Both the position numbers and the translations under genes were made by a program. Positions 31,379 through 39,179 of a stretch of 62,174 nt of DNA are shown one piece after another. Source of the DNA: Patescibacteria group bacterium (GTDB lineage: Bacteria; Patescibacteriota; Microgenomatia; Levybacterales; GWA1-39-11); NCBI GenBank assembly GCA_035549295.1, contig DASZRG010000026.1, forward strand, positions 1 through 62,174, in the 5' to 3' direction. Numbering within the stretch: the first letter of the stretch is position 1; the number at the start of each line of letters is the position of its first letter. The notes under the pieces were generated by a model that worked only from the letters and a program-made list of their open reading frames with translations, was not told the DNA's origin and made no database searches.

Positions 31379-31591
31379 CTATTGTTCTGACTTGGCCTGT
31401 ATGCCGAGGAGGTACATAACTGCTTCTTTTTTATATCTTCTATCCCCTCTTGAATTAATTCTTATTGCAGGGAGCTTTCCGCGTTTTCCCCATCTTTTGA
31501 TAGTAAGTGGAGAAACTCTGAGAATCTCTGCGACTTCACGTACCGTAAGTAGATCTGGAAGGTTGCTGATTGATATATTTTGCTGTGGCAT
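31379..31591 (-). CDS. Small excisionase-family (HTH_17) DNA-binding protein
   Basis: MPQQNISISNLPDLLTVREVAEILRVSPLTIKRWGKRGKLPAIRINSRGDRRY. Track ORF 31379-31660 has a longer, unlikely N-terminus. Confidence 0.7.
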   Translation of the reverse strand: MPQQNISISNLPDLLTVREVAEILRVSPLTIKRWGKRGKLPAIRINSRGDRRYKKEAVMYLLGIQAKSEQ

Positions 31592-31932
31592 ACTATTTAA
31601 AAATCTGTCTATCTGTATAAGATATGCAACTAGACTAACAAACACCATCAGGGGTGTCAAGGACTAAAATTATTATGAGTTTTAGAGATTAAAATTTTGT
31701 AAAAATAGTGTCAGCTTAATGACAACTTTTGGAGGTTCAGGGGAGGGAAAATACTTTGGGATGTTTGTATCAAAAACGGACTACGCTACCCTAAAGTTTC
31801 CGAATGTTTACTCCGAATTATCCCAAATACTTGGATTGAAGTGAAAATTTTAGCTAGATCATATTAGGCACAATTAGCCTCAAATCTATTCGGTTTATTC
31901 GGACTAACAATTTGGATCCATTCGTGATGGGC

Positions 31933-32715
31933 CTAATTTTCTGGAGATTTTAAACGATTACCAAGCCAGGTCCAAAAAATTAGGGCCCCAAAAACGGCCA
32001 ATCTCAGCTGGCGGAAAATTCTCCACGGCTGGCGGACAAGACGAAACAACCATTCGAGGCCAATTTTTCTCAAAAAAGCTGGCGCTCGTACTACCCTCTC
32101 TGATAAAAAATCAAACGATCCGCCCACAGCCATCAGTACTGTTGCTGGAACTTCAGACTTGTGAGACTCGATCCACTTCTCCTGTTTAGGAAATCCCAGC
32201 CCAACATACAAAATATCTACACCCGACGCGCTCATTTTCTCCCTGTCGTATACGTCTGATGCATATCCGATAGTCATTTTTGGACTGATTTTTTGCAAGC
32301 GCTTGCCAGCCTCAACTGCTACCCCCTCCTGAGAACCGATTAATCCAGTCACGACGGGCCGTTTTGATATAGAGAGGTCATGTTTTTGTAAGTGTTGAGT
32401 AAGACTTTTCATGAAATCGACACCAGCTATTCGACGCCTAATAGGCAGACCAAGTAGTCGAGCTCCAACAACCACTCCCACTCCATCTGGCAAGGCTATA
32501 TCTGCTGAGTTGAGAAGTGACTTGAGGCTATTATCAAATTGTGCAGCCACAATCTGCTCAGGGTTGGGAGTAAATATAACAACCTGTCTGTCTCCAGGCA
32601 AGTTCTTCGTACCTGTCTTAGACCTTTCCGAGAGCTTTTTTTCAATATATTCTAGGATCTCCTCCTCTGAAGCGGTTGTAATTTTAACTCCCAAAAGTTT
32701 TATTGAACTTAGCAT
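31933..32715 (-). CDS. WecG/TagA/CpsF-family glycosyltransferase
   Basis: IFTPNPEQIV, GLGFPKQEKWI, GGSFDFLSERVVRAP and GLEWLFRLVRQPWR. Confidence 0.85.
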   Translation of the reverse strand: MLSSIKLLGVKITTASEEEILEYIEKKLSERSKTGTKNLPGDRQVVIFTPNPEQIVAAQFDNSLKSLLNSADIALPDGVGVVVGARLLGLPIRRRIAGVDFMKSLTQHLQKHDLSISKRPVVTGLIGSQEGVAVEAGKRLQKISPKMTIGYASDVYDREKMSASGVDILYVGLGFPKQEKWIESHKSEVPATVLMAVGGSFDFLSERVVRAPAFLRKIGLEWLFRLVRQPWRIFRQLRLAVFGALIFWTWLGNRLKSPEN

Positions 32716-32727
32716 ATTTTGATTATA
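32716..32727 (-). promoter_or_regulatory. TATAAT placed 6 nt before the ATG at 32715 (predicted leaderless)
   Basis: The minus strand reads TATAAT-CAAAAT-ATG. Confidence 0.55.
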
Positions 32728-33062
32728 CTACGAGATGAGATATATTTTGAATAATGAATAACGAATAAGGAATAATGAATAAATTTATTGAACTGCAATT
32801 TTGATCGTGATTTACCAAACTTTCTAACATATTAGATATTATAGATTAGATATTATAGAAATTACTTCTATGAGTTTAATTTGTTGTGGAAATAGTGGCA
32901 TATTTGTGTGAAAAATTGGGGATTATTTGGCGTTTAATATTTGACTATGAGATTTAGTATATGGTTATCAGTTCTCGGTTTTCAGTTATCAGAATCTGGT
33001 TTGTTAGTTTTCAGGTTGCCAGTTTTGCTTCGGTCAATTGTCAATTGTCAATTGTTCCAATC

Positions 33063-34070
33063 CTAGTCCTTATTAATACTTCTCTTATATAGTTCCAGGT
33101 TCTCAAGTGCGACCCCTACTCCACGGATGACGCAAAATAGCGGATCTTCAGCAACGTATGCAGGTACTCCCGTCTCAGATGCAATATAGCGATCGAGGTT
33201 CTTAAGGAGCACTGTTCCACCTGTCAGGACTATCCCCTTTTCTATTATGTCTGATGCGAGCTCTGGGGGTGTTGCCTCAAAAACTTCTTTTATAGCCGTT
33301 ATCATAGACTTTAGGACTGGCTGGATCGCCTCGTTTGTTTCGGCCTCTGTCACTTCAATCGCACGTGGAAGACCCGTCACGCTATCTCGCCCCTTGACCT
33401 CCATACTCTTTTTCCCACCATCGCTCACTATTGCCGATGCAAGCTTCATTTTGATCTCCTCAACCGAACGTTCTCCAACTAGAAGATTGAATCTCTTTCT
33501 AATATAGTTGGCAATTGCCTCCTCTGTCTTGTTGCCTGCGACCCTTATCGACTTGTGAACCACGACTCCACCCAGTGATATAACCGCAATATCCGTCGTT
33601 CCACCACCACTATCAAGGATCATGTGCCCTGTTGCCTGTGCGATAGGGATTTTTGCGCCTATTGCAGCTGCAAGCGGCTCCTCTATCAGATACACGTTGC
33701 CTGCCCCTGCTGCCGAACATGCATCGAGCACTGCACGCTTTTCGACCTGAGTAACACCGGATGGTATACACACCATAACTTCAGGCCTCATAAAACGACT
33801 TCGTCCTGCGACCTTGTCTATAAAATAAGAAAGCATGGATTGGGTTATCACATAGTCTGCAATAACTCCGTCTTTCAGCGGTCTTGTAGCAACAATATTT
33901 CCAGGAGTTCGACCGAGCATCTCGCGAGCCTCAGTCCCAACAGCAACAACACGGTTGTCATCTGCGCGAACCGCTACAACAGTAGGCTCATTGAGAACCA
34001 CTCCTTCACCACCTAGATAAACGAGAATATTAGCAGTGCCTAAGTCAATTCCTACGCGCTTGGATAACAT
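33063..34070 (-). CDS. mreB: Rod-shape-determining actin homologue MreB
   Basis: VGIDLGTANILVY, EPLAAAIGA, DSGGGTTDIAVISLGG and VLTGGTVLLKNLD. Confidence 0.95.
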   Translation of the reverse strand: MLSKRVGIDLGTANILVYLGGEGVVLNEPTVVAVRADDNRVVAVGTEAREMLGRTPGNIVATRPLKDGVIADYVITQSMLSYFIDKVAGRSRFMRPEVMVCIPSGVTQVEKRAVLDACSAAGAGNVYLIEEPLAAAIGAKIPIAQATGHMILDSGGGTTDIAVISLGGVVVHKSIRVAGNKTEEAIANYIRKRFNLLVGERSVEEIKMKLASAIVSDGGKKSMEVKGRDSVTGLPRAIEVTEAETNEAIQPVLKSMITAIKEVFEATPPELASDIIEKGIVLTGGTVLLKNLDRYIASETGVPAYVAEDPLFCVIRGVGVALENLELYKRSINKD

Positions 34071-34525
34071 AAATTAAACAGATTTAATACGAGCAATTAG
34101 ATACTAGCTACTAGAAACTAGTTTCTAATTTCTAGTCTCTAGTTTCTCGAATAACATATCAGACTACAACTCAAATCTATCATTTTTTCCCAAAATGAAC
34201 GGGAGCAAGATTAATAAGTTATAGCATCGAGTAGGATCTGTTTCAATAGATCAAAGAGAATCAACGCTGAATAATTATTCAACGTAATAACCCAATACTA
34301 CCAATATACAAATAAACAAATCAATAAAAGACAAAATTATTTAATTCCTTAAATGATTTAATAATTGATTCCGATTTAATCGGGATTGATTGGGTTATTG
34401 GGTTATTTGTTTATTGGGTTATTAAAATGGCTTACCCTGCATCATTTACAGTATTTGTAGTATTTGTAGTATTGGCCCGCTGATAGTTTTCAGTCGGGAT
34501 AAATAGTATTATAATTGAGAGAGCT

Positions 34526-35707
34526 ATGAGTAAGGTTATTCTGTCGAGCATTGCGATAGGACTTTTTGTGCTTACATTTGGCACTGGGGTCATCATGTAT
34601 GCTAACGGATACAGATTCAATTTCGGTGGCGGGGGAACAGGGAACATAAAATTCATCGAGGGCACTGGGATACTTGTTGCAACAAGCAAGCCCGACGGAG
34701 CACGAGTTATAGTAAATGGTCATCTAACAACCGCCACCAACAATACTATTAACCTCTCACCTGGTGAATATGACGTGAAGATAGAAAAAGACGGTTATCT
34801 CACCTGGGACAAGAAGATAACTATAAAAAAAAGCCTTGTATCAGAAGCAAACGCACTACTTCTACCAAATACCCCCAAACTTGAAGCAGTTACAACAATC
34901 GGTATTTCAAATCTAGTAATAGATCCTACTCAAACACTTCTTGCTTTCACTGTTGCTTCAAACTCTGCCTCAAAAAACGGTATATATTCGCTTGATATGA
35001 GCGCCCAATCGCTAATATTTCTAGGAGACTCTGGAACACAGCTTGTAAGCGATATCACTGATCTGTTCTCGACTGCTAAATTGTCTTTCTCTCCCAATAG
35101 TAAGCAAATTTTAGCCAGTCTACCAAATGGTACATACTATTTACTCGATAGCCGCGCCGGTGGTCAAAGTCCACAAGACGTTACAAATACTCTGACACTC
35201 GTCACACAAGACTGGCAGCAACAGCAAATAGACCGCGACAAAAAGCTTATGGCGTCTTTGCCATCAAAACTCATTCCGATCGCAACAAAATATTTTACGA
35301 ATATAATCCCATCTCCAGACGGCAACATGCTCCTTTATACAGCATCTTCTTCAGGAACTTTAAAACTAGTTGTTAATCCTCCTGCGCCATCTGTTAACTC
35401 CACACCAGATCACCGCCAAATAAAAGCAGGAAATAGCTATGTATATGACATCAAAGAAGATAAGAATTATGAAATTGGAAGCTCAGACACACACTATTTG
35501 TGGCATGCAGACTCGCGACACCTTGTCTATGCACAAGACGGGCATGTAAATGTAGTGGAATTTGATGGCGGCAACCTAACAACAGTCTATGATGGGCCAT
35601 TTCTCGATAATCTTGTATTCCCATGGTCTAACGGCTCAGGAATCGCTATCCTGACGCGCCTTTCACCCTCCGTACCGTATAACCTATATCGCCTGGGACT
35701 GCAGTAA
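34526..35707 (+). CDS. PEGA-domain membrane protein with a TolB-like beta-propeller-type C-terminal region
   Basis: N-terminal TM, then ILVATSKPDGARVIVNGHLTTATNNTINLSPGEYDVKIEKDGYLTW (PEGA motif). Confidence 0.7.
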   Translation: MSKVILSSIAIGLFVLTFGTGVIMYANGYRFNFGGGGTGNIKFIEGTGILVATSKPDGARVIVNGHLTTATNNTINLSPGEYDVKIEKDGYLTWDKKITIKKSLVSEANALLLPNTPKLEAVTTIGISNLVIDPTQTLLAFTVASNSASKNGIYSLDMSAQSLIFLGDSGTQLVSDITDLFSTAKLSFSPNSKQILASLPNGTYYLLDSRAGGQSPQDVTNTLTLVTQDWQQQQIDRDKKLMASLPSKLIPIATKYFTNIIPSPDGNMLLYTASSSGTLKLVVNPPAPSVNSTPDHRQIKAGNSYVYDIKEDKNYEIGSSDTHYLWHADSRHLVYAQDGHVNVVEFDGGNLTTVYDGPFLDNLVFPWSNGSGIAILTRLSPSVPYNLYRLGLQ

Positions 35708-35730
35708 ATGGATATCCCAATCAAGAAGCA

Positions 35731-35850
35731 AGAATCATGAATAATGAATAAAGAATAATGAAGAATGAATAATGAAATTAGGAAAAACTCTTTAACCCGT
35801 AACTCTTTAACTCGCAAACCCGTTAACCCGTTAACCCGTTAACCCGTTAA
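35731..35850. repeat. Composite word element, inverted copy D
   Basis: GAATAATGAATAAAGAATAATGAAGAATGAATAATGAAATTAGGAAAAACTCTTTAACCCGTAACTCTTTAACTCGCAAACCCGTTAACCCGTTAACCCGTTAACCCGTTAA. This is the reverse complement of the arrangement seen at 39036-39150. Confidence 0.8.
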
Positions 35851-35897
35851 TATACATAATACTTGATACTCGATACTGGATACACTATCCTTAATCC

Positions 35898-36359
35898 ATG
35901 CAACTACTTGCGGATGCGACTCAGAGCGGACAGGTGAATTTGGACGTTGAGGTACCCGCAACAAGCCTCAATAGCACTCCAACAGGAACAAATTCAACAG
36001 GTTCGAGCGGCTCTTCTGGCTCAACGGGAGGTAAAACAGGTGGCGGATCATCCGCAGGACTTTCCGGAACTCCAACACAAGTTGGAATAGCGTCTGGAGG
36101 TAGAAAAGCATCAGATTCGAGCATTCTTGCCAACAACCCTGAAAACGTCCTTAAGACTCTTACTGCCCCACTCCAAGACTTTAATCAAGTTATTCTTGCT
36201 GCACTGTTTCTCGTTTTAGCGCTCCTCATAATGATCTTTATATTCAAAAACAAAATAGTTGAAGTAATCAACAACATAAAAGCAAAAACTGCCAAACAAG
36301 ACGTTCAAAAAAATCCAGAACAACCCAAATCACTTGACGAAATTCTAAACAAAGGTTAG
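35898..36359 (+). CDS. Hypothetical G/S/T-rich protein with a C-terminal TM helix
   Basis: 153 aa; low-complexity GSSGSSGSTGGKTGGGSS followed by VILAALFLVLALLIMIFIF. Confidence 0.5.
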   Translation: MQLLADATQSGQVNLDVEVPATSLNSTPTGTNSTGSSGSSGSTGGKTGGGSSAGLSGTPTQVGIASGGRKASDSSILANNPENVLKTLTAPLQDFNQVILAALFLVLALLIMIFIFKNKIVEVINNIKAKTAKQDVQKNPEQPKSLDEILNKG

Positions 36360-37825
36360 TTTGGAAGCTTTGCGGGATCAGCTGGCTGGGGTGCAGCCGT
36401 AGAAGATGAAGGTGCCTGAGCCTGAACTGCAGCCTGAGAGGCTGGAGCTTGTTGCACAGGTGGCGTAGGAGTTGCTGGTTTTGTCAAATCCTCAGTCAGA
36501 ATAGGCAAGGTGAAATGCGCCACGGTTCCTCCATTTTCTTTTGAGTCAAGCCAGATTTTCCCACCATGTGAATCTACAATTTGCTTTGATATAAACAGTC
36601 CAAGCCCAGAACTACCTGCTGATCTGTTGACCGGCTGGACTTTTTCGAAATTGCCTTCAACTTGGCCAAATTTCGTGAATAAAATGGCTTTTTTACTCTC
36701 CGGAATGCCAATACCATTATCAGTACAAGTAACCTCAACTTCTTTATCTTTTACTTCAACTTTTAGTTTTACAAACCCACCTTCATTTGTAAATTTGAGA
36801 CTGTTGGAAATAAGGTTGTTTATTACCTGCCCTACTCTTATCTGATCAAATAAAAATTGAGGAACAGTCACATTCTTATCAAATTCAAGTGTTATTTTCT
36901 TCTCACGCGCGGCATAAGAAAATACTTCAACGTGCTCATTTATAACCTTAACTATATCGCATAGCATCTTATTAAGCTTAAATTTACCTTCATCAAGCTT
37001 GGCGGCATCCAAAAAGTCTGATACGGTTGAAAGCATGTCGTTTGATGAATCAAGTATAATTCTTGGCATCTTATCTTTTTCTTCCTGGGCAAGAGCGGGA
37101 GACAGCATAAGCGAGGCCGCGCCGCGAATGGCAGTAAGCGGCGCCCGAAGCTCGTGCATCATCATATCAGTAAAGTCAGCGCGTATTTTCTCGGTTTTTG
37201 CCTCCTCGGTCTTTATGACGTCGTGAAGTCTCTGAATTGCGTTTTGTGCACTCGTCACAATCTTGTTTAGGAAATCTATATCTCCATCGTCATACTTGAT
37301 ATGATTTCTTGATGAGATGTTTATCATTCCAACAAGCTTGCCCGAAACCATCATCGGAATGTTGAAGTAAGTCTGCGGCACAGCACTCGCGAACTGGTCA
37401 GATGCTGCAACCGGTTTTGATTCGGCTTCAATCATCTCAATAGGCAGATCGCGCGTCGCAGGGTCAGACTCATTCATGGCATCTTTTATGATCTTCGTAA
37501 GCTTTTCTATGTATAAGCCATCAACAGGCTCTTTTTTGAAAGTTTTAATACTGATATTTCTGTGCTTAACGACTCCATATGATACAGTCGATAGCTCGAA
37601 AATATTCTCGGCGGTGAGCGCTATTGTCTCTGAGATTGATTCGAGGTTGAGTGAGTAGCCTATGCGGTCTGCAATTGACTGGAGAAGAGATAATTCAAAC
37701 ATTCGCCTTGCTATTTCTTTCTTTTGACGCTCAACCTGCTCAGTTTTCTTCTCATATCGGTACGAAAAATATATCGCAACCACAGCAAAGAAAACGTTTG
37801 TTAAAACGTAAAACCAAAGCATCAT
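36356..37825 (-). CDS. Sensor histidine kinase (N-terminal TM, GAF-like domain, HisKA, HATPase_c)
   Basis: H box HELRAPLTAIRGA, N/G boxes DNGIGIPESKK and GSSGLGLFISKQIV. The C-terminal tail is P/A/Q-rich. Confidence 0.9.
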   Translation of the reverse strand: MMLWFYVLTNVFFAVVAIYFSYRYEKKTEQVERQKKEIARRMFELSLLQSIADRIGYSLNLESISETIALTAENIFELSTVSYGVVKHRNISIKTFKKEPVDGLYIEKLTKIIKDAMNESDPATRDLPIEMIEAESKPVAASDQFASAVPQTYFNIPMMVSGKLVGMINISSRNHIKYDDGDIDFLNKIVTSAQNAIQRLHDVIKTEEAKTEKIRADFTDMMMHELRAPLTAIRGAASLMLSPALAQEEKDKMPRIILDSSNDMLSTVSDFLDAAKLDEGKFKLNKMLCDIVKVINEHVEVFSYAAREKKITLEFDKNVTVPQFLFDQIRVGQVINNLISNSLKFTNEGGFVKLKVEVKDKEVEVTCTDNGIGIPESKKAILFTKFGQVEGNFEKVQPVNRSAGSSGLGLFISKQIVDSHGGKIWLDSKENGGTVAHFTLPILTEDLTKPATPTPPVQQAPASQAAVQAQAPSSSTAAPQPADPAKLPN

Positions 37826-37872
37826 AATATTAGTATCAAGTATTTTGTAAGAAGTATCAAGAGGCGCGACGT

Positions 37873-37960
37873 AAAGGTATCAAAAGTATCAAGGGTATCA
37901 AAAGTATCAAATGCTAATTAGCCCGTGATACTCGTGGTACACTTGGTACCCGTGATACCC
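37873..37960 (-). repeat. 88-nt intercistronic GTATC-word hairpin element (copy between RR1 and the kinase)
   Basis: AAAGGTATCAAAAGTATCAAGGGTATCAAAAGTATCA - 12 nt - CCCGTGATACTCGTGGTACACTTGGTACCCGTGATACCC. Near-identical in both arms to 38342-38429, but the 12-nt loop differs. Confidence 0.85.
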
Positions 37961-37967
37961 TTTCGGC

Positions 37968-38336
37968 TTACTCTCCGATGATTCCCTTTATCTTCTCCGG
38001 GAGGTCGGTTGGGGAGACCTGGTATTTGAGGATATAGTCTGCTGCTCCACTATCAAGAGCGTCTTTTATGAGGTCGTTGCTTCCGAAGTTGGTAAGCATT
38101 GCCACAGGAATTGTCTTTAGATTGTCGTCGCTTTTTAGAGTTCGCAAGACATCATTACCTGACATATCAGGCATCATCTCATCAAGCAGGATCATATCAA
38201 ATTTCTGCTCGCGTGCCGCCTGGAGACCACTATTACCATCTGTTGCGATACGGACTTGATAACCAACAGCAGTCAAAGCAGTTTGGAAAACCGTTGCAAG
38301 CTGCTTATCATCATCCACTAATAGTACAGACTTCAT
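37968..38336 (-). CDS. Single-domain (CheY-like) response regulator
   Basis: LLVDDD, DMILLDEMMPDMSG and ADYILKY; 122 aa with no output domain. Confidence 0.9.
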   Translation of the reverse strand: MKSVLLVDDDKQLATVFQTALTAVGYQVRIATDGNSGLQAAREQKFDMILLDEMMPDMSGNDVLRTLKSDDNLKTIPVAMLTNFGSNDLIKDALDSGAADYILKYQVSPTDLPEKIKGIIGE

Positions 38337-38341
38337 TCTTA

Positions 38342-38429
38342 AAAGGTATCAAAAGTATCAAGGGTATCAAAAGTATCACAAGCAAATCTGCCCGTGATAC
38401 CCGTGGTACACTTGGTACCCGTGATACCC
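38342..38429 (-). repeat. 88-nt intercistronic GTATC-word hairpin element (copy between RR2 and RR1)
   Basis: Same length and arm sequence as 37873-37960. A third copy of the right arm lies at 15748-15786. Confidence 0.85.
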
Positions 38430-38438
38430 ATCTCGCGC

Positions 38439-38807
38439 TTACTCTCCTATTAGATCCTTGATCTTCATTGAGAGATCATCAGGTGTCATTTGGTATTTTA
38501 GAATATAGTCGTTTGCACCAGCGGCGATTGCTTCCTTGACTAGTTGATCATCATTAAAGTTGGTAAGGACTATTATAGGAAGCTTGGCGGTTGCTGGATC
38601 CTGGCGGAGGACTTTTATGATGCTATTTCCTGACATATCAGGCATCATTTCATCAACTATCATCACATCAAATTGGCTAGCCTTAACAAGTTCAAGTGCG
38701 TGCTTTCCGGAGTCTGAAACTTCTACTTCATAACCAACAGAAGTAAGTGCGGCCTTAAAAACATCGATTGCCTGCTGTTCGTCATCAACTACTAATACTC
38801 GCTTCAT
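38439..38807 (-). CDS. Single-domain (CheY-like) response regulator, paralogue of 37968-38336
   Basis: VLVVDDE, DVMIVDEMMPDMSG and NDYILKY; 122 aa. Confidence 0.9.
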   Translation of the reverse strand: MKRVLVVDDEQQAIDVFKAALTSVGYEVEVSDSGKHALELVKASQFDVMIVDEMMPDMSGNSIIKVLRQDPATAKLPIIVLTNFNDDQLVKEAIAAGANDYILKYQMTPDDLSMKIKDLIGE

Positions 38808-39035
38808 AGTTTCTAGAAACTAGAGACTAGAAAATAGATACTAGTTTCTAATATCTAGTATCTAATATCTATCTCAATATCTCATTCAAGGCTACCACTT
38901 AACAATTTTAAAAACAAGCCCCAAACACATAATTATTTACGTTTGGGGTGCAGTCCCGCATACACGCCCTTGCGACGCGTGGATGTAGACCACGGGAGCA
39001 AGTAAGTGATGTGCGGGGCAAGAGGTAATCAGAAT

Positions 39036-39150
39036 TAGTATTATGTATTATGTAGTAAGTATTAAGTTATGTTAACGAGTTAACGTGTTGCGTGTTAACG
39101 AGTTTTCGCATTATCATGCTTCATTAATCTTTAATCATTATTCATTATTC
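39036..39150. repeat. Composite word element, copy B (TAGTATTATGTA words - TTAACGAG array - TTTTCGCATT - CATTATTC array)
   Basis: TAGTATTATGTATTATGTAGTAAGTATTAAGTTATGTTAACGAGTTAACGTGTTGCGTGTTAACGAGTTTTCGCATTATCATGCTTCATTAATCTTTAATCATTATTCATTATTC. Confidence 0.8.
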
Positions 39151-39164
39151 ACAAGTTACCAGGG

Positions 39165-39179
39165 TGGTATAATATAAAC
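39165..39179 (+). promoter_or_regulatory. Extended -10 promoter TGgTATAAT placed 6 nt before the ATG (predicted leaderless transcript)
   Basis: TATAAT at 39168-39173 and ATG at 39180, with no purine-rich ribosome-binding site. Confidence 0.55.

Noticed and set aside
31379-31591. The Xis-like HTH gene as evidence of a prophage or integrative element around islet 2
   Set aside because: No integrase, att repeats or phage structural genes lie nearby. Small HTH_17 proteins are common stand-alone regulators.
37832-38429. Possible CRISPR array, given the repeated GTATC-containing units
   Set aside because: The repeats are 9-10 nt words with no unique spacers of 25-40 nt between constant repeats. 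No cas genes are present. The structure is a pair of 88-nt hairpin elements.
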